Origin: Ministeria vibrans ATCC 50519
Taxonomy: Eukaryota; Protista; Filasterea
Length of the DNA: 42,519 nucleotides
Reading direction: 5' to 3'
Assembly (NCBI GenBank): GCA_943704425.1
Contig: CALSCP010001837.1
Span: 1 to 42,519 of the forward strand
The notes under the pieces are model-generated. The model was not told the DNA's origin. It saw nothing but the letters and a program-made list of their open reading frames with translations, and searched no databases. A program made the position numbers and the translations under genes. Each line of letters begins with the position of its first letter. Position 1 is the stretch's first letter. Below, one piece after another: positions 9,733-21,497 of this stretch.

Positions 9733-11621
9733 AAACTACAACCATCCCGGCGGTTAGCAAATCATCAGTGGCTCCGCCGAAGCGATCGAGCACGCCTCCT
9801 GAGCGTGTGTCAGCGCCCAAAGACGTCGTTGATGATGAACCTGTATCGTTGGTGCCCGTATGAATATTATTGTGTCGCGATCTGCCTCATCCGTATATGT
9901 CTTGTCTACCAGCACACGTCGATTGCAAAGCTCTTTGAAGACTTGCGGACGCGTAAACTCAGTGGCACGGCGGCCCTCGACGCCTTTGTGCGTTTTATTG
10001 CGCCTCTCAACAAACCGCATCAGGCAATCATGTTCAAGATACTCGACCGTTCCCTGAAAATCCGTTGCTCTGTCGCCACCATCAATCAAGTACCAAAAGA
10101 AAACGGAACAGAGGGAAGAGAGAACGAAAGAGGGAAGAGAGAAGAGAGAAAAGAGAAACAATGAGATGGAAAGAAACAAGACTGAAGAGAGACGATGGAG
10201 AAAGATGCAACGTGACGGAGAGAGAATGTAAAAGCTAATCAAATGTGCAAATAGGCAATTCCAATGACGGTGCCTGAATTTCGAGTGGCATTGGCGCGAA
10301 CGTTCTCGATAGGACTACTCTCATCCGGCGAGGGCGACTGGTATGTGTCGCGCAAGATTGACGGAGTGCGTGCAGTGTGCTTTGTACAGGCAGGACGAGT
10401 GGAATTTCGTACACGGACGGGACGACCGATTTCGACGGAGCTGATGGAGCGCAGTGGGATTGTGGGAGAGATTGTGCGTGTATGTGGAGCTTCCGGTGGT
10501 GCGGACGGCATTGTGTTGGATGGTGAGCTGTGGGTGGCTGGTGACGCACGTGATGCTGCCGACGACTTTAGCGCGGTCGCGTCGTTGATTCGACGCAAGT
10601 TTGTGAAAGAAGAAGAGAGAGAGGAGGAAGAGGGAGGGGAAGAGGCACAAACGAAGAGGAGGAAGAAGAATAAGACGAAAAAGGGGACGGCGAAGAAGGA
10701 GAGCGGCGAGGAAATGGCACTGGTGGAGCGGAGCATTGGGGGATTGCGTTTTGCGGTGTTTGATATGTTGACACCTAGTGAGTTTGAGCAGGCCAAGAGC
10801 CGACGTAATTTGTCGACGCGACTCAAGGCACTACGCCAACTGTTGGGAGGGCCAGAAGAAGAAGAAGAAAAAGCAGCAGCAGCGGGAGCACAAAGAAAAG
10901 TAACGGCACTGGGAATGGAGCGAATGAAGGAGCGGAGTGTAGGCGAGGTGGAACAGTGGCTGGCTCGTGCAGATGGGCTCGGGTGGGAGGGCGTCATGCT
11001 GCGCCGCGACGCTTCCTATCTTGGCCAGCGCTGGTATGCTCTGGCTCTCTCTCATTCTGTTTCTCTCTCTATCACTTTGTTTCTTTCCGTACTTTCTCTC
11101 TCTATTGTTTGTTTCTCTCTCGCTCTCTATCACTTTGTTTCTCTCTCTCTATCACTTTGTTTCTTTCCCGCTTCTTTCTCTCTCTCTTAGACATCTTTGT
11201 TTTGTTGTTTCTTTTCTTTTCTTTTTCTCTCTGTTCTTTCTCCTCATTTATACTTTATTCTCTGTGTAGTTCTGATTTGCTCAAGGTGAAACGGTTTCAT
11301 GACACTGAGCTGCGTGTGTTGCGCGTGCAGGTGGGAAGCATGCGCAAGGTGAACCCGGAGACGCATCTAGACGAAGAGCACACGGGAATCATGACCAACT
11401 GTGTTGTTGACTACGGTGGCATCGAGGTCTCTGTTGGCTCGGGCTTTACCTTTGCCCAGCGCGTTCGTTTTGGGCGCCATCCCGAGCAGCTTGTGGGCAA
11501 GCAGATTACCGTGCAGTACTTTGCGGAGTCCGTGACGCGCGGTCCGAACGACGAGCGCATCGTCTCCTTGCGTTTTCCCACTGTGAAGTATGTATATAGT
11601 GACAATGATCGGAATGAATGA
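9327..11621 (+). CDS. ATP-dependent DNA ligase of phage/T4-like type, 5 exons, about 585 aa
   Basis: Exons 9327-9605, 9672-9842, 9913-10089, 10255-11033, 11270-11621 join in frame. Motif I SRKIDGVRA, III VLDGEL, IIIa FAVFDML, IV WEGVMLR, V DLLKVK, OB-fold VGSGFT and motif VI SLRFPT. Confidence 0.92.
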
Positions 11622-11689
11622 GTAAAGGAAAGTTCGATGTACTTCTAAACATTTTTCACTTTTACTTCATTTTAATTTGCACTACCTGT

Positions 11690-12202
11690 ATGTCTTGGAA
11701 CCCCGGCCCGTACGGCACCGACGCCCACCTGTTCGGCATGGCGAACAACGGTGAAAACGACGAGGAGTCGTCGAGTGGCAGCTCGTCGTCCGATGACTCG
11801 TCCGACGACTCGTCAGGCTCCTCCAGCTCGTCCAGCAGCGACGACAGCGGCAGCGAAACGGATGATTCGAGCGACTCGAGCAACAGTTCGACCGCCGGAT
11901 CGTCGACGCGGCGCGAAAAGCAGCTGAAACGTCAGTTGCTCGCCGCTCACACGCAACTTGCCATCGTCAACGCCCAGGAACAAGCTCGGAGGCAGCTTGA
12001 ACTTCAGAACACCGAAATGCTGCAGCAGCAGCAGCAGCAGCAAATGTTGTATGCGTCCAATGCCGTTGGTAAGGCGCCAAAAAGGGGCCGTCCCAAAAAG
12101 GACGCCAAAGCACCCAAAGCTCCTCGAGTCCCACGCGGCGCTCCCAAGGGACCACGTGCCCCCAAAGCGCCGCGATCGCGCAAGGGTCCAACCAAGAAGG
12201 CC

Positions 12203-12250
<48 letters not shown>

Positions 12251-14674
12251 TCCACGACATCATCTTCAACTGTGCTTCTGGCACCTGCGGATATCTATAC
12301 ACCGGCCAGCTACGTGCCCGATCCCGCATTTGGCGTCGCTCCAAACGCCGTTCCTTTCTCTGCAACTCCAGTAGAGGCGCCAGCAGCGCCCGTTGCGGAG
12401 GATCACACGCCTCTCATCGTCGACATGTCGGACATTGTCTCGTCTGTGTCTGCTGCCGTCGACACCAACTCGACAACGGTGGTTCCCACAAAAGCGGAGC
12501 CTACCACCGCAACAGCTACAACTGTAACAACGGCGATTTCGGAGGCTGCAACACCCGCACTGGAGAAGACTGTCGAGACCGTCGAGCAGGCTGACAATGT
12601 TGATGTTCAAAAAACGGTCCCTGCTCTAGTGGAAACGCGTGCTCTGACACCCTCCCCGACCCCAATTCTCCCTCCTTCTCCCCCGTTACAACAACAACAA
12701 CGGCAGCAGACGACGACGAGCGACCCTGTCGTCACCCCCACCATTCCAACACAGACTGTTCGCAAGGCACCCAAAACTCCGACAGCTCTATCTCCTGCAG
12801 CTGCACGTGGGTCCGATCCTGCTCCCACCCCTGCGACCCCCGTCAAACCAGCAGATCAGCACTACTATGACCCGCCCAGCGTGGAGATGGCTCCGGGCAG
12901 CATCCACACGGGCATGAAGCTCGAAGCATGGGACGGCACCGAATGGTGGACGGCCGTTGCCAGGCATGTCGACCGCTCGGCGACCCGCGTCACCGTGCAC
13001 TTCAACTACTGGAACGACACTCACGACACCACAGTGGTGCTTCCGTCAGCTTATGTGCGTGTGCCCAACGGCCGTGCGCGCAACGGCCCTAACAACTCGC
13101 GTCAGTCGCAGTCGCACAAAAAGAAGCCCGCTAAGACACCCGCGAAGCGTTTTCAGGAAGCATGTGTCTTTGGCACCCTTGCCACTGTTCGCAAGCAACT
13201 CGACAAGGGCACAGCCGCCGACCCGCTTATTCTCTCCGGCGATCCCGTCGCCATGCGTGACCCTACTCCTCTCTTGCTTGCCATCTACAATGTCAGAGAG
13301 CCCCTTGTTGCTCTTCTTATCGAACGCGGTGCTGATATCTCTGTCATCGGTACCCTCCAGGGCGATGGTGGCCCCTTCCCCGAGGCCGATATCGCCTGCA
13401 TTGCACCCGTTGAGCTTGCCGTGCTCATCCGCGATCATTTTGCCGACCACGAGACGTTCGGTCCAGCCAGTGTCGCCATCTGTGAACACCTCGCTCGCGC
13501 ACTCAACATCAGCCCAGACGAGCTCCGACCTCGCGACCCCTCTGTCGTGCGCGTGCCTCCACCCTTGCCTGAGAAAGACGACGAGGAAGAAGGGCAAGGT
13601 CAACCCAAGTCTGCCCCCGCTCCTTTAGTTGCTGCTGCTGCTGCTGCTGCTGCTACTACTGCTGCTACTGTTGCCGATGGTGGTACTGCTGCTTCAAGTG
13701 ACGCGAAAGACTCGTCGACTGTGTTTGCTTTGCGTTCTCGCTCCTCTCGCAAACGCAGTCGACATTCAAGCACCCGTCGTCGTGATGCCCCGCCACCGCA
13801 CTTGCCGCTGTACATTCGCTCTGTTTCCCTGCGTTCTGGCGTGCCATCGTCATCAGCGTCGGCTGTGCGTGTTCCTATTGATCTTTTGGGCCCGTTTTCA
13901 ACCGAGAACGCTGTGGATGCGTTGCTTGAGCGTGCTACGCGTGAGCTTGGCAGCAGTGAGCCCATCGCGGCGTTTCGTGACAGCACAGGCGCGCGCGTCA
14001 CTGACACGCGTCTCATGCGTGACGGTGAGACGCTGACGGCGCTCACACACGCCCAGCTGAGCGCAGACGCAGATGGCGATACAGTGATGGCGGATGATGC
14101 GCTGTCAACACTCCAGTCGCGATTGCGACCCGTCTGTGCGCCTCTCGCTCCCGTCGTTCCTCTGCCGCCTCACCATACAGCGGCACTTGCCTTCTTCTCG
14201 CAGAACATTGCTTCCACAGCGACTCCCGAGGCGCTGGCTCATCTGTCACAGCAGCTGGAGCAGTCACTGCGCGAACACCACGGCGCCAGTGACGACGGCG
14301 AGGAGGATGTGCACGACAACGCAAGCGAGAAGGATGGCGATGCCACGCGGTACAAGTACAACGAAGACGACGACGTTGACGTCGACGATCTTGACGACGA
14401 GTTTGACGACGACGACGATGATGCGCTGGATGAGACCAGTGTGCGAGGAAGGAAGAAGAAGAAGCGCCGTCGCACGACAGGCAGTGGCGCGAGTGCAAGT
14501 GTGAGTGGCGGTCGCAGGGACAGTCGAGCGAAGCGCAAGAGGGATGCGTCGTCGTCGACCACGTCGGGTGCAAAGCGTGCTCGAAAGTCACTGGACGACG
14601 GTGCGAAGAATATCTCGCCTGCGTGGCAGAACTTGTGGAACGAGCGGTATGACAAGTGACATTATCTCTTTTTT

Positions 14675-14727
<53 letters not shown>

Positions 14728-14737
14728 NNNNNNNNNN

Positions 14738-14786
<49 letters not shown>

Positions 14787-15287
14787 CGAATAGGTTTGGT
14801 CAGCTGAAGACATTCTCGGAGCGGGCAGGCAGTTGCAATGTGCCGCAAGCGGAAAACTCACAGCTTTCCACGTGGGTGGGCCGACAGCGCTCCAAAGCGC
14901 GTTCGGGCGACCTGTCGGCTGAACGTCGGTCACTTCTGGTCAGTTGTTGCTTTTGCGTGATTGTGTTTGTGTTCGTGGCTGATTCGGGTTGTTTGTTGTG
15001 TATTGTAGCTGAGCATTGGGATGCAGTTGCCCGAGCCCGCTGATGGGAACGGTAGTAGTGCTGCGCCTGTCGTGTCTGAGACGACGGTGAGCACACCAGC
15101 TGAGACAACCCCCGCAACCACCACTGTGCACGCGCCTGCCAGTGCGTCAGACGTCGACGTTCATCCTTGCTCTCCGTCTTCGGGTCATGTTGACACTGCT
15201 GTCGTCGATACCGATGCGGTGGTCACAGCCGAGACTGCGACGGAGACACCAGCTGCATCTATAGATGAGAATGTCGATATTGAATGA
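11690..15287 (+). CDS. Multidomain nuclear/chromatin protein (AT-hook, Tudor-knot/chromo-barrel, ankyrin-like, KHA/ubiquitin-like, HA domain), 3 exons, about 1126 aa
   Basis: Exons 11690-14646, 14794-14938, 15009-15287. AT-hook KRGRPKK. Barrel GMKLEAWDGTEWWTAV..VTVHFNYWNDTHD. Ankyrin TPLLLAIYN..LVALLIERGADI. KHA-like DSTGARVTDTRLMRDGETL. NLS RKKKKRRR. Spliced HA domain WNERFGQLKTFSERAGSCNVPQAENSQLSTWVGRQRSKARSGDLSAERRSLLLSIG. Confidence 0.82.
14679..14784. repeat. (AT)n microsatellite with N gap, intronic
   Basis: Pure TA run inside the intron that splits the HA domain. Confidence 0.95.
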
Positions 15288-15533
15288 ACCCTTTCGTTCT
15301 TTTCTTTCTATTCTCTACGGAGTACTTCGTAGGTAGTGCGATTGCCTACCGGATACTGGATAGTGACAACATTTACATTTTTTTTTATCTGCCATTGTTC
15401 TCATGTGATCTGGGTATATTTTAGGTAGGTGTATCTCTCATCTCTGTCGTACTGTTGAGATCTACTCATCAGTCATCACAGTGATGAGTGATCACACTTT
15501 CTGACGCTCGTTCAACCCCTTTCGCATCCCCTC

Positions 15534-16674
15534 ATGGCTGACGATGTAAGAGACCAGATTGCTCCTTCTTCGATGCATAACACGCCCGTTGGCTCTTGTT
15601 TCAGCGACTCTTGTGCGGCGTGGACATTTCGTCTCCTCATGAGGACATGGCCGGTCTCCTTGCCGAGTACGTCTCTTCCCCCATGCGTCTCTTGTGCTGT
15701 ACTTTGTGTTTTGCGACCAGCGTCACAGTCTGAAAAGGACGAAAAATGGCTTTTTCTGCGAATGACACGATTTTTTTTTTTTTTTTTCCTATCTTTCAGG
15801 TGGACTGGTGATGAAAACACGAGTATCTTTGATTACGTGGTGATGCCGCTGATGAAGGACACGTTCCGTCTGGAGAACGACGCGATTGGCGACATACAGC
15901 CGGTGTCGTCGGATTTGGCGCTGCCGTCGGCGCAGTGGACGCGCTTGGTGGTGGGGCGTCCGAGCGGGTGGATCGCGCTGGACGATGCGGCGCTGAGTGC
16001 GGACGTGCTGCGCGCTCACGAGACGGCGCTTGCCAAGGAGTACATGTGGGCAGTACACTTGAGTCTGCCCTGCTTGATTGTGCCGCTTACGACGCGTCGG
16101 TGCGCCAACACGGCGCGCAATGTTCGCGCACTCATGTTGGAACATGCGCATGCGTCCATGAGTGTGTGGATGCAAGTGCCACTCACCAGCAGCGACGCCG
16201 ACGACGACACGTGGACGTGGTGGAACACAATGCGTACCCTTTGCGACCAACCACGCTCGCTCGGTGTTGCGCTCGTGCTCACATCGGACCTTCCAGCGGC
16301 GGCACTCTCTGCACGCTGGTACGGCGAGCCACTCAAAGGTGTCATTGTGCCAACGGGTGTCTTCACCAGCAACAGCAAAGGCTTTCCCGTACTCAGCAAG
16401 GCACACCAGAACTTTTTGCGCCCGCTTTTCCGCCTCGGCATCCAGCTCATCGTGAGCGACGTGGACGCGTCCAGCACGCGCGGCAACCGTGAGCTTGCCT
16501 ACCTCCACCATCTCTTCGACACCCGTCCTCCCCTGGGAGACGTCGAGCGCTTTGCCCGCGGCTACGAAGACTACCTGCAAAGCCCTCTCCAGCCTCTCAT
16601 GGACAATCTCGACTCGGCAACGTACGAGACCTTTGAGCGCGATCCCTACAAATACGCTGCTTACGAAACGGTAA

Positions 16675-16710
<36 letters not shown>

Positions 16711-17892
16711 GTTGGACAGAGAGAGACAGAGAGAGATAGTGAGAGACAGAGAGAAACAAAGAAAGAGAGAGAGATAGAGGTAATAAATGAAGACACGTCA
16801 GCTGACAATATGCGAGTAGGCGATATATCAAGCGTTGTTGGACCGAGTCAAGGCGAGTGAAAAAGACACGACGACAGTTATTGTGATGGTGGTGGGTGCG
16901 GGACGAGGGCCGCTGGTACAGGCTGCACTGCACGCCACACGCAAGGTACACTCAAGCACACACAATTCCACACAATCCCGCACAAGCACACACAATCACA
17001 TCACAAACATACATATCATTTTGTTTCTCTCTCTATAATCTATTTATTTATGGAACACGCTTGCTCTCACTTTGAATTTTTACTTACGCACCGGTTTCAT
17101 CCACTTGTTGTGCAGGCAGAGAGGCGGACGCGCGTGTTTGCGGTGGAGAAGAACCCCAATGCACTTGTGACGCTGCAAGGGCGCAATGCGCGCGAGTGGG
17201 GCGGCCAGGTGACGATTGTGGCGTCGGACATGCGCGAGTGGCGCTCCAACGGCGGTGTACTTGCCGACATTGTCGTGTCGGAGCTACTTGGCTCGTTTGG
17301 CGACAATGAATTGTCGCCCGAGTGTCTCGACGGCGCAGCGGCGTTCATGCAGCCCGACGCCATCAGCATCCCCGTCTCCTACACCTCCTTTTTTGCGCCC
17401 GTTCTGTCGACACGCCTGCACCAGGAGGCCGCGTCGGGTTCCGCCCCGGCCGCCCTTGAGACCCCCTACGTCGTCATGCTGCGCAGTGCGCATCTGCTGG
17501 CAACTCCTCAACCCTGTTTCACCTTCCACCATCCCAATGAGCGTGCCGCTAGCTCTGGCGTCGTCAACAACGACCGACACACCTCCCTCTCCTTTGCCAT
17601 TGACGCTCCCGCCATGTGCCATGGATTTGCTGGGTTTTTCGAGTCCGTCCTCTACGGCAATGTCCTCATGAGCATTCTCCCGTCCACCCACTCACCCGGC
17701 ATGTTCTCCTGGTTTCCCATCTATTTCCCTCTCGTCACGCCCGTCTCCCTTGCCAAGGACTCCACCCTCGATGTGTCCCTCTGGCGTCGCTCCGACCGCA
17801 AACGTGTCTGGTACGAATGGGCCCTCACCGGTCCTCTGGTCCTCTCCAAGATCCACAATGCCGATGGCAAATCAAGTGCTATTGGTCTCTAA
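15534..17892 (+). CDS. PRMT5: Protein arginine N-methyltransferase 5 (5 exons)
   Basis: TIM-barrel motifs WAVHLSLP, RWYGEPLK and NSKGFPVLSKAHQ. Also GYEDYLQSPLQPLMDNLDSATYETFERDPYKY, SAM loop VVGAGRGPLV, AVEKNPNA, double-E loop VSELLGSFGDNELSPECLDG and SPGMFSWFPIYFP. Confidence 0.97.
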
Positions 17893-18115
17893 AATCATCC
17901 ATCGTTGTACTTTTATTTTTACACGAATACCAAAGACGAGAAAAGTAGCCCAAGGGAGTGATAGTCTAATAATCAATTAATCAATATTCTCATTATAAAT
18001 AGCTCATAAAGACTAAAGAGTATTGTTAACACTGAACAACTGAACTATGAACTATTCTGTTAGTCAACTGTTAAATAGTAACAAATAAGGACCAATTTTT
18101 CCTTCTGCTTTTGAT

Positions 18116-20381
18116 ATGCTCTTCCCACATCGTCTGCTTCTTGCCGCTGCTGTAGTCACGCTGGCCGCAGCAGCCCAGCTGAGCTTCGTATGTCGCCCCG
18201 ACAACGACATTTTCGCGTTGCTGTCACAACAACATTCGTTTGCGCGATACGACAGCGTTGCCGAGGCTCTCACGCACACGCAGTCGGGCAGTCTGATGGT
18301 TCTTGCCGATGGCTATCCTACCCAGAACACACTGATGTCGTTGGCTCAGATTGAGACTGCGCGCCATCAGAATGTGGCTGTCTTTCTCGAAGCACCCGCT
18401 GCGCTCCCGCGGGCCTCGTGCGCCCCGTTGGCCGCTGCCGAAGTGTACCATCGACTGGTGGTCAATCGGACTGCGGGTATTGGCGGTCTCGAGCCGCTGT
18501 CACTGCTCATGGCGCAGGGAGCGTGGTTTGTTGACATTCGCGAGTGCGACACCTGCCTGACGCGCTCCGCCCTTGTCTATGCCAAGGTTGCCGGCGTCGA
18601 CACTGCCACGTACGGTATGCCCCCGGACGCGCTACTGAACCCCGTTCTGTTTGACCACGGGAGCGCCGAGGCGACGGATGCCCCCGAGCTATTTCTTGTC
18701 TCCGCCATCAAGTTGTCCGTGCCCGTCTCGTCACGTTTCGAGCCGGTCGCTGCCTGGCAGAGCCTCTGGGCTTACATTCTTACGCGCATGTCTAACGGTA
18801 CCATCACGGAGCTTCCCACACTCCCTCAGCTTGCGCACCCCTACAAGGCGGATCCCCGTGCCAACGTGTCCGTTGACGACGAGCGCCAGTCATTTGTGCG
18901 TGCCTCCCAATGGCTCCATCGCCTCACACGCACGGGAAACGACAGCTGTCCTGCGCCCTACTTGAAGGAAGGCGCGGCAACTGTCACTCCCTTGTGTATG
19001 TTTGAAGGCTACAGTTCCTTGATGGACTACAATGGCACACAGCAGCTGGCGACTGGCGTACGCATGGACTGCACCCTTGAGACTGCCATGGTTTTTGCAT
19101 TGCGTGCGGCCCTTGTCGACGGCCAGGGACGTGATGATGCCGGCCGTCTTCTCGACTACGCATTTTTTCAATCGGTGGCGCAACAGGGAGCGCGTGCTGA
19201 CGAGAACGCACCGCAATACGGTCTGTTAACGTGGGGCACAAGTTCGCCAGCTCTCACCGATGCCTTCTATGGCGACGACAACGCTCGTGCCTTGCTAGGT
19301 GCTATCACGGCGAGCGCAGCGTTGCAGCGTGCCGACTGGGACGTATCCATTTTAAGGGGGGTCCTTGCCAACGTACGCACTGCTTCTCAGAGTGGATTTC
19401 GTCCGGGACGCATCAATGCACCCGACATTGATAAACTTGGCTGGCGCCACTATTTCTCGGCTAACTACACCTTCACGACGGTACCGTCGCCTCAGCCGCA
19501 CTACCAAGCGCGTCTCTGGTACGTCTACCTGTGGACGTACGCCCGGACACGTCTTACTGTGCTGCGTGACCGGGCTCTCCAAGGCATTACTGCCACCATG
19601 GAAGCCTTTCCCGCCTGGCCCTGCACCGAATACGCCGTACGATTTGAGAAAGAAAATTAGGTGACTCTTTTTTTAACATAATTATATATATACATGTATC
19701 TTATTGTAGAGCGAAGAATACGGGGCGATGATTCATGTGCTTGCATGGCTTGTGCGCGTCGAACCTGCTGTGCCAGTGTACCGCGCGTGGTTGCGTCAGG
19801 CGAGTGAAGCGTATCTCGCACGACAACAGACGGTCGGGGGCTGTGTACAGGAGTCGCTGGGCACGGTGCGCTGCTCAGACCCACCACCGGCGTCCAACAA
19901 GGCGTATGGCAGTGCTGAGGCGCCGATCACACAGAGCGACAATGACACCATTGCCGATATGCTCTACTCGAATAACTTTGCGCTGATTGGACTGCTTGAG
20001 GCGTATCACGCGACGGAAGGTGACGATTTTTATGGCAAGGCACTAGACGCACTCGTAGGCTGTGTGGTACGTGTTCAGGCGACGAGTGTTTCTCGGGAGG
20101 AACTGGATGGCGGGTGGATGCGCGGTTGGGACTACGCACGCAATGACTACTGGGGCAGCTCGTCGGACGCCGGCTGGGGGGTGTGGAGCATGGAGAGTGG
20201 GTGGACGACGACATGGATTGCCACTACGCTAGCCATACGACAGTTCTACAATTCGCCCGATCACGATCGATCGCTGTGGGCATTTACTCAGGAGCGCAGT
20301 TCGATTGCTCCGGGACTCGCACGCACCGTGTGTCAGACCTTCTTTAAGGATGATCTGGCGTCGATTTGTGATCAAGATTGA
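18116..20381 (+). CDS. Secreted protein of unknown function, probable (alpha/alpha)-barrel glycosidase-like, bacterial-like; 2 exons, about 730 aa
   Basis: Signal peptide ([14 protein letters not shown]). One intron 19637-19709 joins the two ORFs in frame (..CTEYA|[17 protein letters not shown]). Motifs [35 protein letters not shown] and the Trp-rich [30 protein letters not shown]. The product call is inference. Confidence 0.7.
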
Positions 20382-20415
20382 AGAATTGTAATGGGGGGGT
20401 TTTTTGCACAAGAGT

Positions 20416-21402
20416 TTAGGACATGAACATGGAGTATGGGTTGGAGTATGCCATGGCACGCTTGTTGGGATGTGGCACAGCACTGAACTGCACAAACTTG
20501 GGGGTGAGCGTATGGTCGAGATTGATAAAAGCGCCCTTGTTGCCCATCTATGCAAACGACGACACGAGAAAGGTGAGTGGAGGGTGTTGCGTGTGTGAAT
20601 GCGAGTGTGCGTAATGTGCGCGTATGGATGGTGCTGCGTTTGTATGAGTGAGTGTGCGAGTGTGTGCTTACCTGATCGCAGTAGTTAGGAGCAGAGAAAA
20701 TGGTAATGCACTTTCCGTCGTGCGTCACTTCGTATCCTTCGTCCTTCACTTCGTGCGAGCGAATCAGCAAATCTACAAAAAGAAAAAATGTTTTTAGAGA
20801 CATCATCGTTGATGAGACAGGAATGATCTCTCTCAATCTCTGCATTGTATTGTAAGTGTGCAGTACCAAGGTTGTTTTTGGCAAGGAATGCCTTTGTGAC
20901 GTCTGGGCCAAAGTGGACACCGACACCGCGTTTGCTGGGCGCACGGCCCGTCTAACAAGCGATACAGTTGGACACACGGATTAACACACAGTGACAGTTG
21001 ACAAAGACACGACACAAGACATGGGCTGACCTCCTCGTGGGGATCGGACCAGAGCATTTCGGACATGATTCCATCGTCGGGGGGAGGACGGTCGCGCTTC
21101 TGGTTGGCAATGTCGTCCACAGTCACAGTGTCGTCGGAAAAAAGTCCGCCGTGCATCACGAGCACTTTCTTGTCTGAATAAAAATGTGTCAGTCAAAAAG
21201 AGCGATAACATGTGTGATTTCTCTGCGAGTTAAACGGGTGTGTTCACATACACCATCATGCCCACAGTCTCTCACACACACACATATCGTACTGAGTCGG
21301 TGAGAGAGCGGCAAGTTGTTGAACGTCTTGTGGAAGCAGCGAAGCATCTGCTCTCCGTACTTGGCCTTCATCTCACCATTGAATCCATAAATCTATCAGA
21401 GC

Positions 21403-21497
<95 letters not shown>

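Noticed and set aside
9327-11621. Ligase as part of an integrated virus, prophage or contaminant
   Set aside because: It has four host-style introns, one carrying the host minisatellite, and is flanked by ordinary eukaryotic genes. No capsid, integrase or terminal repeats are nearby.
15021-15287. Stand-alone 88-aa ORF
   Set aside because: It is the last exon of the upstream chromatin gene: the acceptor at 15008 completes the HA domain in frame.
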